DNA from: Chrysemys picta bellii
Taxonomy: Eukaryota
Assembly (NCBI RefSeq): GCF_011386835.1
Contig: NC_088798.1
Coordinates: forward strand, 104,532,001-104,596,000
Reading direction: 5' to 3'
Length of the DNA: 64,000 nucleotides
The notes beneath the pieces were generated by a model. The model saw only the letters and a list, made by a program, of their open reading frames with translations, was not told where the DNA came from and did not search any database. This document shows, one piece after another, positions 1-11,645 of the stretch. Numbering within the stretch: the stretch's first letter is position 1; each line of letters opens with the position of its first letter. The position numbers and the translations under genes are program-made.

Positions 1-220
1 GCTCTTTCCTCTTGGAGCTTGACACACTGCGTAGCAAAACTAACAGGCCTGGCTTGTACCTTCAGGGTTATTATTTATGATTTGTATGGTGGGAGGGTCT
101 AGAACCTCCAGCCCTGGGCCAGGACCCCATTGTGGTAGGTGCTGTCCAGATAATGCATCAAAAGATTGGCCCTGCCCAAGGAGCTTATCTGTTCCCACTC
201 CCTCCTCCTCCTCCATCATC

Positions 221-235
221 AGCCCCCTGGTGGCA
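221..235 (-). promoter_or_regulatory. CTCF-like motif, probably in the SYNPO last intron
   Basis: Reverse complement reads TGCCACCAGGGGGCT. A second, plus-strand candidate CCCGCAGGGGGCGC is at 1527-1540. Confidence 0.35.
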
Positions 236-1590
236 GCAGGCGTGGTGGGGAGGGGCCTCTTGTGCTCCGCCATTCTTGGGTATTGGCTTTGCTGGTGCTC
301 TAAGTATGGAGAAACACATTAGGTCGTGTAAGGGAAAGTCATTTAGGGCGACCCTCATGTCATAGGCCCAGAGAGATGTGACAGGTAATCAACCATCTCG
401 TCGTGCATTTTGGGCAAAAGTTGGCCCGGTGAGGCCATTGCCCGGCTGCATGCCTAGTGACTACATTCGGCTTTCCCCCGCCGTTTCGCTCTGTACACGT
501 ACAGCTGGTGTCAATCAGCAAAGCTCCCCTGAAGTCAACTGAGTTGTGTCAATTTACTCCAGCTGCAGAGTTGTCCCGTCGGGTGTAAAACCCTGGGAGA
601 GCCTTTGGAATCAGAGGTGCTGTGTAAACGCGGGTTAGGATGTGAAGTCAGTGGGGTGCCAGAGGGCAGTGTCTCTGTCTCCGAAAAACCACCCCCGCAC
701 ACCCATGCTACGCCCCACTCCGGTGCTTGGCTGATTCGCCGTTGTGATGTTTCCCTGACTTACTTGGAAATTTGATCTTCCTGACGGGCTCTCCTCAAGA
801 GGAAAGTGACGTCAGGGCGGAGTGACAGAACGCTGTCCCTCGCAATCGCTCCGAGGTGAATCTGTGCCACCCTGCTTCTGGCTGGAACGCTACGTAAAAG
901 TCGCCAGGTCCTGCCGCAATTCTGTAGGCATACGTGACTTAGCTTGGAGTGAATAGCGGTGAAGCCACAGCAGCATTGGCTGGCTGGCTGAGTGCCGTCC
1001 TACCTGGGAGCCTGAGTATGTACTCAGGCCAGGCGGCTGCCGCAGGTTTTCCTGCTAGTTTAGCAAGCAAGCTTGACGAACGCTGGCTTGGCTCTGTCTG
1101 CATTTGCTGAAATCTCACCGCCTTATGCCCACACACAGACAGGCCCGTGTGCACACGCACCGGGGCAGGCGCAGAAGCACCTACATGCACACGGCTACAT
1201 CTACATTAGTCACTGGTAAGGCTCCCCTAGAGTTGCCACTTGGCGTGGTCCAAAGACACTGCCCACCGTCAGCTGCAGGGGAGAGAGCTCAGCCCAATTC
1301 CTTGTCTCGACTGAACACGCCCACTGCAAATCCAGCCTGGGTGCAGAGGCAGGGTGTGCCCCTGCGTGCTCCTCCGGAGTTCCCCTTGGCTGGCAAGGCC
1401 AGACCTGGGGGGGGGAGTGTTGGGTTTTGGAGGAGGGAGGATTTTTATTGTGTGTCTCGATGAAACTTTTCAGTCTGCCCTCCTCATTCTCCTTCACACC
1501 GACCCAGCGTGGCAGCCCTGGCTGCGCCCGCAGGGGGCGCCCATGTGCCATGAGCAGCTTCTCCCTGCTAGATAGTTGGATAGTCTAGTC

Positions 1591-2393
1591 CAGGGGAGGG
1601 CAAACTTTTTGGCCTGAGGGCCACATCGGGTTTTGGAAATTGTATGGAAGCCCGGTTAGGGGAGGCTGTGCCTCCCCAAACAGCCAGGCGTGGGCCAGCC
1701 CTGCCCCCTAAGCGACCCCCCCCCCCCCCCGCTTCTTGCCCCTGATGCCCCCCCCAGACTTCTGCCCCATCCAACCCCCACTGTTCCCTGACGGCCCTCC
1801 CAGGACCCCTGCCCCATCCAACCACCCCTTCTCCCTGTCTCCTGACCGGCCCCAGAAACCCCACCCCTGACTGCCCCCCGCTACCCCATCCAACTTGCCC
1901 TCTCCTTCCTGACTGCCCCGGGGACTCCTGCTCCATTCAACCCCCGTTCCCTGCCCTCTGACCGCCCTGACCCCTATCCACACACCCATCCCCTGACCAC
2001 ACCCCGAACTCCCCTGCCCTCTATCCAATCCCCCCCCCCACTCCCTGCCCCCTTACCGCGCTGCCTGGAGCACTGGTGGCTGGCGGCACTACAGCTGCAC
2101 CGCCCAGAGCACCCGGACAGGCAGCTGCGCCGCCCGGCTGGAGCCAGCCACGCCACCGCGCAGCTCCTAGCACTGGGTCAGGCCCCGGCTCTGCAGCTGC
2201 GCTGCCCCAGGAGCTCGCAGCCCTGCCGCCCAGAGCATTGCGCCGGCAGCGGAGCAAGCGAGCTGAGGCTGCGGGGGAGAGGGGACAGCAGGGAAGGGGC
2301 CGGGGGCTAGCCTCCTGGTGCAGGAGCTGAGGGGCCAGGCAGGAGGGTCCCATGGGCCGGATGTGGCCTGCGGGCCGTAGTTTGCCACCACTG
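1591..2393. mobile_element. Non-autonomous hAT (Charlie-like) DNA transposon, 803 bp
   Basis: Imperfect ~15-bp TIRs caggggagggcaaact / agtttgccaccactg. Perfect 8-bp TSD gtctagtc at 1583-1590 and 2394-2401, with the CTAG core typical of Charlie targets. C-rich internal subrepeats. Confidence 0.88.
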
Positions 2394-4628
2394 GTCTAGT
2401 CAGCTGATAAATGCTGTCTGGGGTGTGGCTGAGCTGGGTCCCATCGGGCCTGGTAGGCATTTTAGCCCCATGCCCTGGTGCCCTCTGCAGCTCCTGGGCT
2501 GGGAGAGGGGACCTCCAGAGAGCTGGAGTGTTGCCGGCAAAGGGAATTGAACCACTCCCCGCTGGAGTGTCCAACGCGGAGCCGTTTCAGGGTCGGAGGC
2601 AGAGCTTGGGCTGGCGGCTGCGTGTCCTTGTCACAGCAGAGGTTACGTGTTGCCAAGACTCAGGACCAAGAGGTAGCAGCGGAAGGCGGCAGGAAGGGCC
2701 TCGGGTGGTTGGCGGGACCGGCAGGGAGATAGACCCACGGGTTCCTCTTTAGATCCCGCATGGCCCAGCCCAACGTTAAACCGTCCCTGCCGCCGGGGGG
2801 TGTTTGATCCCAGTCCCCTGAGGCCCAGTCTCTGCTGTGCGGATGCAGCATGCCTGTGGATGGTGAGCTGCTAGCACTGGGGGTGCTGGCCCTGCCGTGT
2901 GCAGCGCGCGGGCTAGGAACAGAATCGGGGCGCAGGGATTAGGAGGCGTGAGCTGGGCTGAGAGCGAGCCGGAGCGCGTGGAGCCAGCACTGCAGAAGGA
3001 ACAGGAAGTGAAGCTCAGAGGGGATCTAACCCAAGGCCCATTGACGTCAATGGAAGGACTCTCCTGGGCTTTGGCTGAGGCCGAGGTCACCAGAGCTGAG
3101 AAAGCCCTTGCCTGGCTTCTTGTCTCCTCCTGCTTTACTGGCCCAAGGCAGTATTATCCCAGCCGCACCGTGCTCCAGGCCCCAGCCCTGCCTCATGTCG
3201 CTTTCCTTGGGCACCTATGCCCTGCTCGGACCTGGCCTGCTAGGCTCCTGCCTGCCTGTGTCTGGCGTTACCTCCCTTTGGCCAGCCTGTGTGACAGGGC
3301 TCTCACCCGTTTGTCAATGAGGCCTCCATGCTTCTGAGCAGCATGCGTGCATGGCACGGGAGGAGGAGCGAGCGGAACAAGAGAAGCCTAATGATATGCC
3401 GTCCTGTTCCCCCTCCCCCCACCTCGTCCTCTGCATCCCTTCTCCGTTAGCTTGGCTTGACGGCATCTCTCCAGCCATTTGCTCCATTCCCTGCTGCCAG
3501 GAGGGAGGGGGCTACCCCCGGTGGCCAGCCCCCCCTCCCCAGGCACTGAGGACGCTGAGAGCATTATTGGGCGCCATGCCTCTGGAGACAGCCTGGCATG
3601 TGCCAAGCCAGCGCTCCTCCAGAGAGTGAGACCAGGAGGGAGAGCTAGGCAGGGCCCCAGGAGACAGGAGCAATGCAACACTGCGGTGGTTAATGGGCAC
3701 CAGGCTATAAAGGGGTGAGGGGGCTGAAGGGAGGCATTAAGTACTGAACACTCCCAGAGTGAGGCCCTGGTGTGGCAGCCCTCGCTCACGCTGGTAGCAC
3801 CGACTCGGGAGTAGTCCCAAGGGGGTCAGAGCAAGCGCTACTCAGCGTGAGTAAGGGGCGCAGCGTCGGACCCCGAGTCCCTGCCGGGCAGACGGAGGCA
3901 TCAGAAAAAAGCAGGATGTTCTTGGCCAAAAATGCCTGGACGTGTGGTTTGCTTCTCCTGATCTCCGGGATGAATAAATGGGCCCACGGTGCTAACATAA
4001 CCCAGTATGCCCCGCTGCCGCCTCCCCCCAGCACAGCCCTCCTCTGACGCTGAGCACAGGGAGTGCTCCAAGGAGGCTGGGTAGAGCCACGGCAGAGCTG
4101 GTCTCGCAAGGGTTTGTGCTGTCTCTGATAGCAGAGGTCAAGTGGGTGAGGCTGGTATTTTAGGCACACAGCCTGCTTTGCTGGGAGTTGCTGATTGGCC
4201 AGGTTTGTGGTCTCACTCTGGGAAGTCCCACCTTTTGAAGGCGGGGCTTCCTGGCCTGCCATCACATCTAGCAGCCTGCCCCAGCCATTGATTGAGAGGG
4301 ATGGGAGGGGGCAGGGTTAAGGGAGAAGGAGACAGAGGAAGGGTTTGCCCTTCTGTGCTATCTGAGAATCTCAAAGCTCTTGCCAGCTATTAAGCAGTTT
4401 GCTCCCAGAGCTGCCAGTGCGGAGGGTGTTATTATCCACTCTACCAGCGGCGAAGCGGAGGCCCCGGGAGGTCACAAGCTTTGGCTGCGGTCACACAGCA
4501 AGTCAGTGGCGGCACCAGAAGCCCCAACTCCCAGTCCAATGCTCCGGTCTCCTGGTCCCTCACTGGCTCTTTGTCCCAGCATCCCTTGTCAGCCTGACAC
4601 TCAGCTGTGCTCTGTGTTCCCCTTGCAG

Positions 4629-5651
4629 GAAAGAAGAGTGTCCCTGCCTGCCTCCCTGACCTGGACCCCACGACTGGTGCCCCACCCGAGCCCCTTCGAG
4701 GGGTGGGCGAGCCCGACGCCGGAGCCTCAGGAAAGGCCTGCGGCGGCCCTGCGAGCAGCCAGTGTGAGGAGCCCCCCTCCTCCCATGTCGCCGTCGTGGA
4801 GCGAGAGGTCCCTCTCCCCACTGCGGCAGGAGGCAGAGCCCAAGGCCAGCCGGCAGATGCAGGCCCAGCTCGCCAGGAACATCATCAATGCTGCCAGGAG
4901 GAAGAGCTCCTCCCCCAAAGCCCTGGGGCCAGACGGCGTCAGGCCATTCACGCCGCCCGCTGGCACTGGGGCACCACCTGCCAGCGCATCTCCATGCAGC
5001 AGCCCGAGAGCCCTGGATAACCACTCCCCGAGTCCGCAGTCGCCGAGAGCCACGAGGATGGATGGGCACAGACACACCAGCACCGGGACCCCACAATTCA
5101 GCACCTCGTCCTGCATCAGCCCAAGGACCCTGGGCAGCCACTCCCCGACCTACATCAGCCCACTGCAGTCGCCGCGAGCAACCAGGACGGATGGGCACAG
5201 GTCCTTCACATTACCCGCAAACACCGGGGCACCAGCGCTCAACGCAACAGCTGGCAGCAGCCCTGGCACCACAGCCAGACACTCTCCAACCTACAGGAAC
5301 CCAGTGCCATCTCCAAAAGCCACCTGGACGGATGGTCACAGGATTCTCATGCCACCCGCCAGCGCTGGGGTGCTACCGGCCAACACATCTTCTTGTACCA
5401 GTCCCAGGAGCCTGGGTTCCTACTCGCCGACCTTCATTCGCCCGGTGCAGTCGCCCCCTGCGGGAGCGAGGTCCCCCGTGAAGCATTACACCTCCAGGTC
5501 CCCCACGGACTCGGATGTGTCCATCGACTCAGAAGACTCTGGGGTCAAGTCTCCCGGGATCCGCAGCTTTAACATCTGCCCCCGGGGCTGGAACGGGAGC
5601 GTGCGGCTGAAACAGGGCCGCCTGCCCTCGGAAGCGCCCTGCACCTCCTAG
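4629..5651 (+). CDS. SYNPO: Synaptopodin, long-isoform terminal coding exon (ERRVSLP...EAPCTS*); upstream exons lie outside the window
   Basis: Acceptor tgttccccttgcag|GAA at 4628/4629, phase 0, stop TAG at 5649-5651. Contains PPPMSPSWSERSLSPLR, LARNIINAARRKSSSP and RSPTDSDVSIDSEDSG..SPG...NICPRGWNGS, which match the recalled C-terminus of long synaptopodin. Gene order SYNPO-MYOZ3-RBM22-DCTN4 agrees. Confidence 0.93.
   Translation, partial: ERRVSLPASLTWTPRLVPHPSPFEGWASPTPEPQERPAAALRAASVRSPPPPMSPSWSERSLSPLRQEAEPKASRQMQAQLARNIINAARRKSSSPKALGPDGVRPFTPPAGTGAPPASASPCSSPRALDNHSPSPQSPRATRMDGHRHTSTGTPQFSTSSCISPRTLGSHSPTYISPLQSPRATRTDGHRSFTLPANTGAPALNATAGSSPGTTARHSPTYRNPVPSPKATWTDGHRILMPPASAGVLPANTSSCTSPRSLGSYSPTFIRPVQSPPAGARSPVKHYTSRSPTDSDVSIDSEDSGVKSPGIRSFNICPRGWNGSVRLKQGRLPSEAPCTS
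4932..5471 (+). repeat. SYNPO: Degenerate in-frame coding tandem repeat in SYNPO, 4 units of 43/43/47/47 aa
   Basis: DGV/DGH anchors at 4932, 5061, 5190 and 5331 (spacing 129, 129, 141 nt). Units share S(S/C)xSPR...HSPT(Y/F)..P.QSP(R/K)AT.T. Confidence 0.8.
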
Positions 5652-8600
5652 GCCAGGAAGAGACAAGTGACGTGAGCAAGGACACGACTGGAGCCCATTG
5701 AATTGATGCATAGACTCGCCAGCACCCAGTCCTGCCGACCAAGCCACGCGGCAGTGGGCGGAGAATGCTGGGGGCTGTGGGGACAGATGATAGAGATGAT
5801 CTCTCTCCCCACCTCCGCAGCACCTCTCCCCAAAGGGTTTAGACAGCAGATGCCAGTCTGGCCTGCGACAGCCAGCCACAGGATGGTGCCCGCTAACTTT
5901 GCCGGATCCAGACTCCACCCCCCCCCCCCCAAGCCAATGCCGCTGCTGAGCCCCTCACTCCATCCCTGCACGTATTCTGCTTCCCCAGACTTTGCTCTCC
6001 CGGCTGGACTGGAACCAGCAATGACATCTCAGCCCCGTGGGACGAGGGAGCCTGGCGCTGCTTTTGTTCTGCCCGGGACGAGGGGGCCACAGACGGCAGG
6101 CAGGCAGCCCTGAGACCGTCCTTCCGGCTGCGTAATCCCCAGCAGAGAGACAGCGAGTGGCCCGAGGGGGCTTGGGCGGCCGCCAGCCACGGGCTTTCCA
6201 GCTTGCTGCCTCTGAATCCCATTGTTTCCTTTGTGGGCTCTGCGGAGGCCAGGGATCAGGCCTGCTTCCAGCTGCCTGAGGGCCTGGGGAAAGGCAGGGG
6301 GAAGAGCCTGCACAGCGGCTGCTCCTGCAAACCCTGCTGCAGGGCCTGGCTTTTCCTGAGTCCCGGCAGCCCAAGGACCGGAGCTCTGCGGCAGCTGGGG
6401 GCTTGTCCCACTCTCGGAGCGCAGGGCAGGGCTGCCGGAGCCGAGGCGGCGAGGACAGGAGAGAATGGAGCTGCCTCGGGGGAGAGAACAGCAAAATCCT
6501 GGCTCCCACCCCGCAGCCGAAGGGCCCCGGAGGCAAGGCAGCTCCCTGCGCTCGAGGGAGGCGTGGCGAGTCTGTAGCTCATATCCCGGAGGGGAGCCGG
6601 AGTTCCCCCGGCACGGGGCAGGTGGTGCCTTAGGCCGATCCACAGTGCCCAGGCAGGGCATGATGGAGTCAGCATTCCTGTGACCAAAGCCTACTCCCCA
6701 CGCCAACGTCCCGCTACCGTGCGCCATGCGCCCTCGCCAACCAAGCTGGCTGTAGCTAAAGCCTGCTTCTGGAGAATGGCCGCCGGGGAGGCCTGTCCTA
6801 GGGGCCTGAGTGGAGCCACCAGCGATTTAGAGCCATGCCGCGTGTGCGGCCGCCCTCTCCGACTCTCCCCTGGACCCTGCCTGGGGGCCTGAGCCATGAA
6901 CAACCCCGAGACCCAAGCAGCGGGGGTGGGGTTGGAGGTGGGCCCGAGAGAGAGGCTCCCTCTTGGCAAGTGGCCTGCTGGGTAAAATGGATGGAGCCGA
7001 CGGGTCCCGGGCACTGCCCTGGAAGGACTCCCCCTGCCCTGCAGCGCTCCGGCTGGCTGTGAGGAGGAGCTGAAAGGAGCCCACCGGAGCCGTGCTGAAG
7101 GGACTCTGGGGAGGAGGCCCCGGGAAGGTACAAGGCCCTCTCCAGGCTGGCTCTAGGTGGATGCACAGACAGGCGTGCATGCCAGCGTGTCACTGGGCCA
7201 GGCCGGGCACTGCCACCCACCTGGCCATGGGGCTCTGGAGTCGTCGGCAGCACGTCTGGCCCGACGTTTGTGGGGACTCTGAAACTGGGTGAATCATCAG
7301 CCTCGTTAGCCGATAGCCAGTCTCCGAGAGAGGCTGCCGCAAACTAGAGGGGAGGTTGGGGGCATCTGAATGTGCCCACTGGCCTAAGCGATAGACTGCA
7401 CTGCAGACCCTGCTGCACAACGGTATTTCACTGCTGCAGGTTCCCAGAGCAGCCAGAGCTTCTCCACGAAGCCCCCGCCGTGGCATGGTCCCCGGCCACG
7501 CACGGTGTCTTGGGGAAAGAAAACCAACGCCTGAGCCCCTTGGCTTTTTCCCTGGCCAGCCCAGCCCCTCCTGCTCGCCCCGGGCTGGTCCCCCCACTCG
7601 CTCGCTCTCTGTATGCTTGGCAGGGTGGCACGCAGCCATGGGCTGGCAGAGCGGTGTCTGGTGTTACCCTAGCTGCCCCGATAAGCCTCCCAGCCTCTGG
7701 TTTTATTGCCCTGACCTTTCAAGGGAGGAGTGCGCCCGGCTTTAATGCCGGGTGAGCCCAGGGAGGGCGGCCCGGCCCCGCCTGCGCTCAGGGGTCTCTC
7801 CCCATTCCCAGCCCCCTGTGCTGCTCCCAGGCCCTGCGGGGTGGGGTTGTGGGGAGCCGCCGGGGCAGCACAGTCGCCTGGCTCCTGCTCCTGGCGCACC
7901 ACACCAGGGCCACTCCCACGCTCAGGCATGTCCCAGACGGGTGCATCCTTTCACCCCTCCCCAGCCAGAGCAAAAACTCACCCTGGGCGGGAGGGGAACG
8001 CTATTCTGCAGGGAGCAAGCAGAGGAAAGGGTTGCCTCTGCGAACCCAAGCGTCCGAGCTGGGCCCAGCTCCCCCGGGGAGTTACCATATCCGTGCACAG
8101 GCACACGAGTGTCTAGATCTCCGCCCCCCCTGCCGCCCCGCAGCCCCTTGGCCTCCCAGAGCCCCCCGGGGGCATTTCTGCCGCTCTGGTTTCACTAAAG
8201 GAATGGCGTGGGCGGGGGGGCGAAATCACATGCTAAGAGCCAGCTTCTGCTGTGAGCATGGAAACCAATGAACCCAACAGAGAGTGACAGCCAGGGAGCG
8301 CATGCCACACACCCCCACGCCCCCCGTCAGGGAACAGTCACAGCCTCGGCCCATGTTTTCCCAGGAGGAGGCGACAGTCCACAAAGTGGAGCCCTCTAGG
8401 GGTTAGTTGGGGCAACTACACAAGCCCTTTGAACCAGTTGGAATTTTTCATGTGAAATTTTGTTCAAGGAAAAATGTCCCCCCCGCCCCCCTTCCCTAGG
8501 GCAATCTCCAGGGCAATGATTTGTTTCTTTGGAAATGTCCCATTTCATTTTTCAGCAAAGACACCCTGAAAAAGGCTTTTTTTAAAAACTTTTTCATCCC

Positions 8601-10623
8601 TAAACAAGCCAAAAAAAAAACATTTCACAAAAGTTCATGGCAACTCCTTCCCATTTCGCCCCCAGCTCCCTTCCGCCCTCTAGCGCCCCCACCAGGCTGC
8701 AGAGATGTGGGCGCACACGTCGCCGGGGCTGCTCGCAGGAAACAGGACGAGGGGGCAGCCAGAGCTCTGTTCTAGCCCAGAAGCCCTGCGCCGAGGGGCA
8801 TGTTGCTGAGGGGGGCCAATGGGCTGAGAGGGAGGGAGCACCCTCTCAGTGCACGCGGCTTTGGTCATTAGCTAAAGTGCCCAGGACATTAGCAGCCAGC
8901 TCATCCCTGTGGGGCTGGTTGTCTCCAGGGATTGCTTCCAGGTCACTGCTGTGAGGGAAGACCCAGGCAAGACCAAAAGTCTTCCCCGCTGGAGAGAACT
9001 GTTTACTGGCTCCGGGTCCCAGTGCGACGTCTCATGGACAGCGGTTCATCCCACAGGGTTGCTACTGATGCCATTTGGTGGCCCTCCCCTGAAGATCCTG
9101 GGAACCATCTCATTCCTAGCGGTGGCCCCATGCAGGAGAGGTTAGAGACACAACTCTTGGGGGAAGCTCATGTCGCTGCTGACCCATGCTGAAACCTGGG
9201 GCTACAGAGAGCATTTCAGTCTGCAGCGCTGAGAGGCAAGAATCTGACCCTCGCAACAAAGCCAGGAGCACAAAACCAACCCCCCCCCAAAACCTGGCTA
9301 TAAATCACATGCATTATTACCAGGTTTGCTAAGACTGGTTAGAAAGAGCCGCTGGGTGGGACCCTGTGACGTCTGCACACCCTGTGGCTGATGGATCCAT
9401 AGCGCCAGTGAAGTGGACGGGCCCCACTCGATCACACAGAGACAATCACGTGGCCAAGGCAAGCACAGCTCGCCGTGGCTGGGCGTGAGGGGGCCTGGGC
9501 CGGGTCGTTGCGGCAGGGAGGATGTGTGTGGCGAGAGGGAGGACAGGTAGGTGTTCAGAGCGGGTGTGGGCAAGTGCTGAGAAGGGGTGATGGGTGTGTA
9601 GGGCTGAGCAGCGCACTGGGGCATGGAGCAGTTCAGGACAAGAGCCCCAGGACAATGAGGCGAGGGCTAGCGAGAGACGTGGCACCGCAGAGGTTATTGA
9701 AAGTGAAGGGAGGTGTGACATGGGGGATGTTTTAGCCTGTCCGCTTGGGACAGCACAAGCCCAATGGGCCACGGGGCATGTCATGGCAAGCGCTGGTTAA
9801 ATGCTAGTTGCTGTAGGTCAGATAAATACTAACTGATTACTGATGAGCGCTGGGCAGTGCGGAACGACATTGCTCTCCGACACGGCAGGCCCCCCCAGTA
9901 CACGTGCAGCCAGGCAGTCGTGCAGGGACACAACTAGCTCACTAACCAGAGATGAAATGTCCTCCAGGGGCGGAGCACTGTAGGCTCTTGCATGCTCTCC
10001 GCTGGGGAGCAGCTCCCAGCCTGGCAGTTAAGGGCTTATCCCAAGACACCCAGTGACTTCAATGGGCTTTAGCTCGGGCCCCCTAGTAATTAGCTTTTTC
10101 CATCTCTAACTGCCGGGCTCCTTCCTGGGATGCTCATCCAGACCCACTCCGCACGTTGGGCTCCCCTTTCACACTGGCCAGCCCCAGTGCCCCGTGGGCG
10201 AGGGCCCTTTAAGCTGGGTTATTCAGAGGGGGCTGGGCAGAGAGCTGTCCCACCGGGGGTGGGGCTGGGGAGGGGGCTGGAATGGCTCCATTCAGAGTGT
10301 GCCACTTCTCCAGCAGGGGAAGGGGCCCATGGATTGAGGACTCCTTGGGAGGAACCAGTGGACTGTCCCAAACCCTCATCACCGCGATGCTGTGTGACCC
10401 CACTGCGCAGGCGTCCGAGTGCAGCTGAGGCTGGCTTGCCTGTGTCCATTACTCACCACTAAGCAAAGAGAACCCGCTCAAGCAGGGCACACCAGCCCCG
10501 GTGGCTCTGGCCTGCTGGGACGCCTTTGTTCCACACAGAGACCGCGTCAGGTGCTCCTGGCCATTGCTTCACCAGCTGCTCTTTGACGCGCATTTTGCCA
10601 CATCACTGTATACCATGCTCGAA

Positions 10624-10629
10624 AATAAA
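10624..10629 (+). terminator. Candidate SYNPO polyadenylation signal
   Basis: AATAAA following a U-rich, UTR-like stretch (cattttgcc...ctgtata). No transcript evidence. Confidence 0.3.
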
Positions 10630-11627
10630 ACCGCCGTTATCCCACCCAGTCTGGCCTGCCTGTGTCCTTTCGAACCCCAGCCACCCAGCCAGGAGTGACC
10701 CCCCTAGGCATGCTAGGCGTCCTGGCTGGCCCAATTGCAGCATCAGGTGGGCGCTCTACCTACTTGGGGTAAAATTAAAGGCTAGCTAAGAACTGCCTTG
10801 GGCTTCATGCATTTTGCTCATGGCAGGGGCAGTTTGGGGTTCTCTAGCACTCCCAAGTGGCTCAGCCCGGGGGTGGGGGGTTTCGGAGGATGCTGGATGG
10901 TCTGGGGTAGCAAAGGCCATGCTGCAGGAAGAGGATGGAACCTTCCCCAGGCGCCCAGGTTTGTTCCTGTCCCAGTTGCAGGGGCAAGGTGAAAAGCTGG
11001 TGCGCCAGCTCCCCCTCGTGCACCGCTGCCATGTGGTGTGACGTACGAGGGAGCTCTGTGGGCTGATACCCGGCCCTGCCTAGGGATGGAGGCTGCCTCT
11101 CCCTACAGCTCAGCCCCAGCTGGGGCACATCGCAGTATCCCTGTCTTGTCTAACAGCAAACCTAAGCTGTGAGCCCATCCCTGGACACACCTCCCCCGCC
11201 CCGCCACTCAGCCCCACTAGAACCGGAGCCCCCCCACAGTGCTCGCAGGAGGCGTTTGGGGGCGGGAGAAGGTGGCCCGTTGAACCGCGGTGCTGGCATA
11301 ATCCAATGGCGTCACAGAGGCGCTAGAAGGAGAGTGCAGGGGCAGCGTTGCCTGCAGATGCAATTGTCATTGGAATGGCAGTGTGCCCCCTGGATTGGGT
11401 GAGTCGCACCGGTCCCAGCCCTGCTCCCGGGCCCACTACGCTGCCGCAGTGATCTCGCCCATGGTGCCTTAGACCTGCCAGGGGAATCATGGCATCACTG
11501 TGGTGGAGGTACCCACAGACTGGATGGGCAGCGAATAACTGCCACGCTCAATTGACTCTTGCGAATTAGCTACAATGGATGGGGCGCAGCAGGCCTTTCC
11601 TACACTAAACCTGCCATGATAAGGAGC

Positions 11628-11645
11628 GGCCACCAGGTGGCAGCA
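11628..11645 (+). promoter_or_regulatory. CTCF consensus motif between SYNPO and MYOZ3
   Basis: GGCCACCAGGTGGCAGCA matches the CTCF core CCASYAGRKGGCRS. Motif match only. Confidence 0.45.

Noticed and set aside
3973-3978. AATAAA as a polyA signal of a short SYNPO isoform
   Set aside because: No GU/U-rich downstream element, and the upstream exon is outside the window, so it cannot be supported.
4380-4628. N-terminal 83 aa of the 423-aa ORF (MPAIKQ...VFPLQ)
   Set aside because: Starts at TTG and runs through the polypyrimidine tract and acceptor of the SYNPO exon. It is open intron sequence; synaptopodin similarity begins at 4629.
4560-7800. Many overlapping 100-230 aa ORFs on both strands (e.g. 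4560-5198, 5955-6536, 6029-6727)
   Set aside because: GC-rich shadow ORFs antisense to the SYNPO exon or in its probable 3-prime UTR. Low-complexity Pro/Gly/Ala/Arg composition, no recognisable domain.
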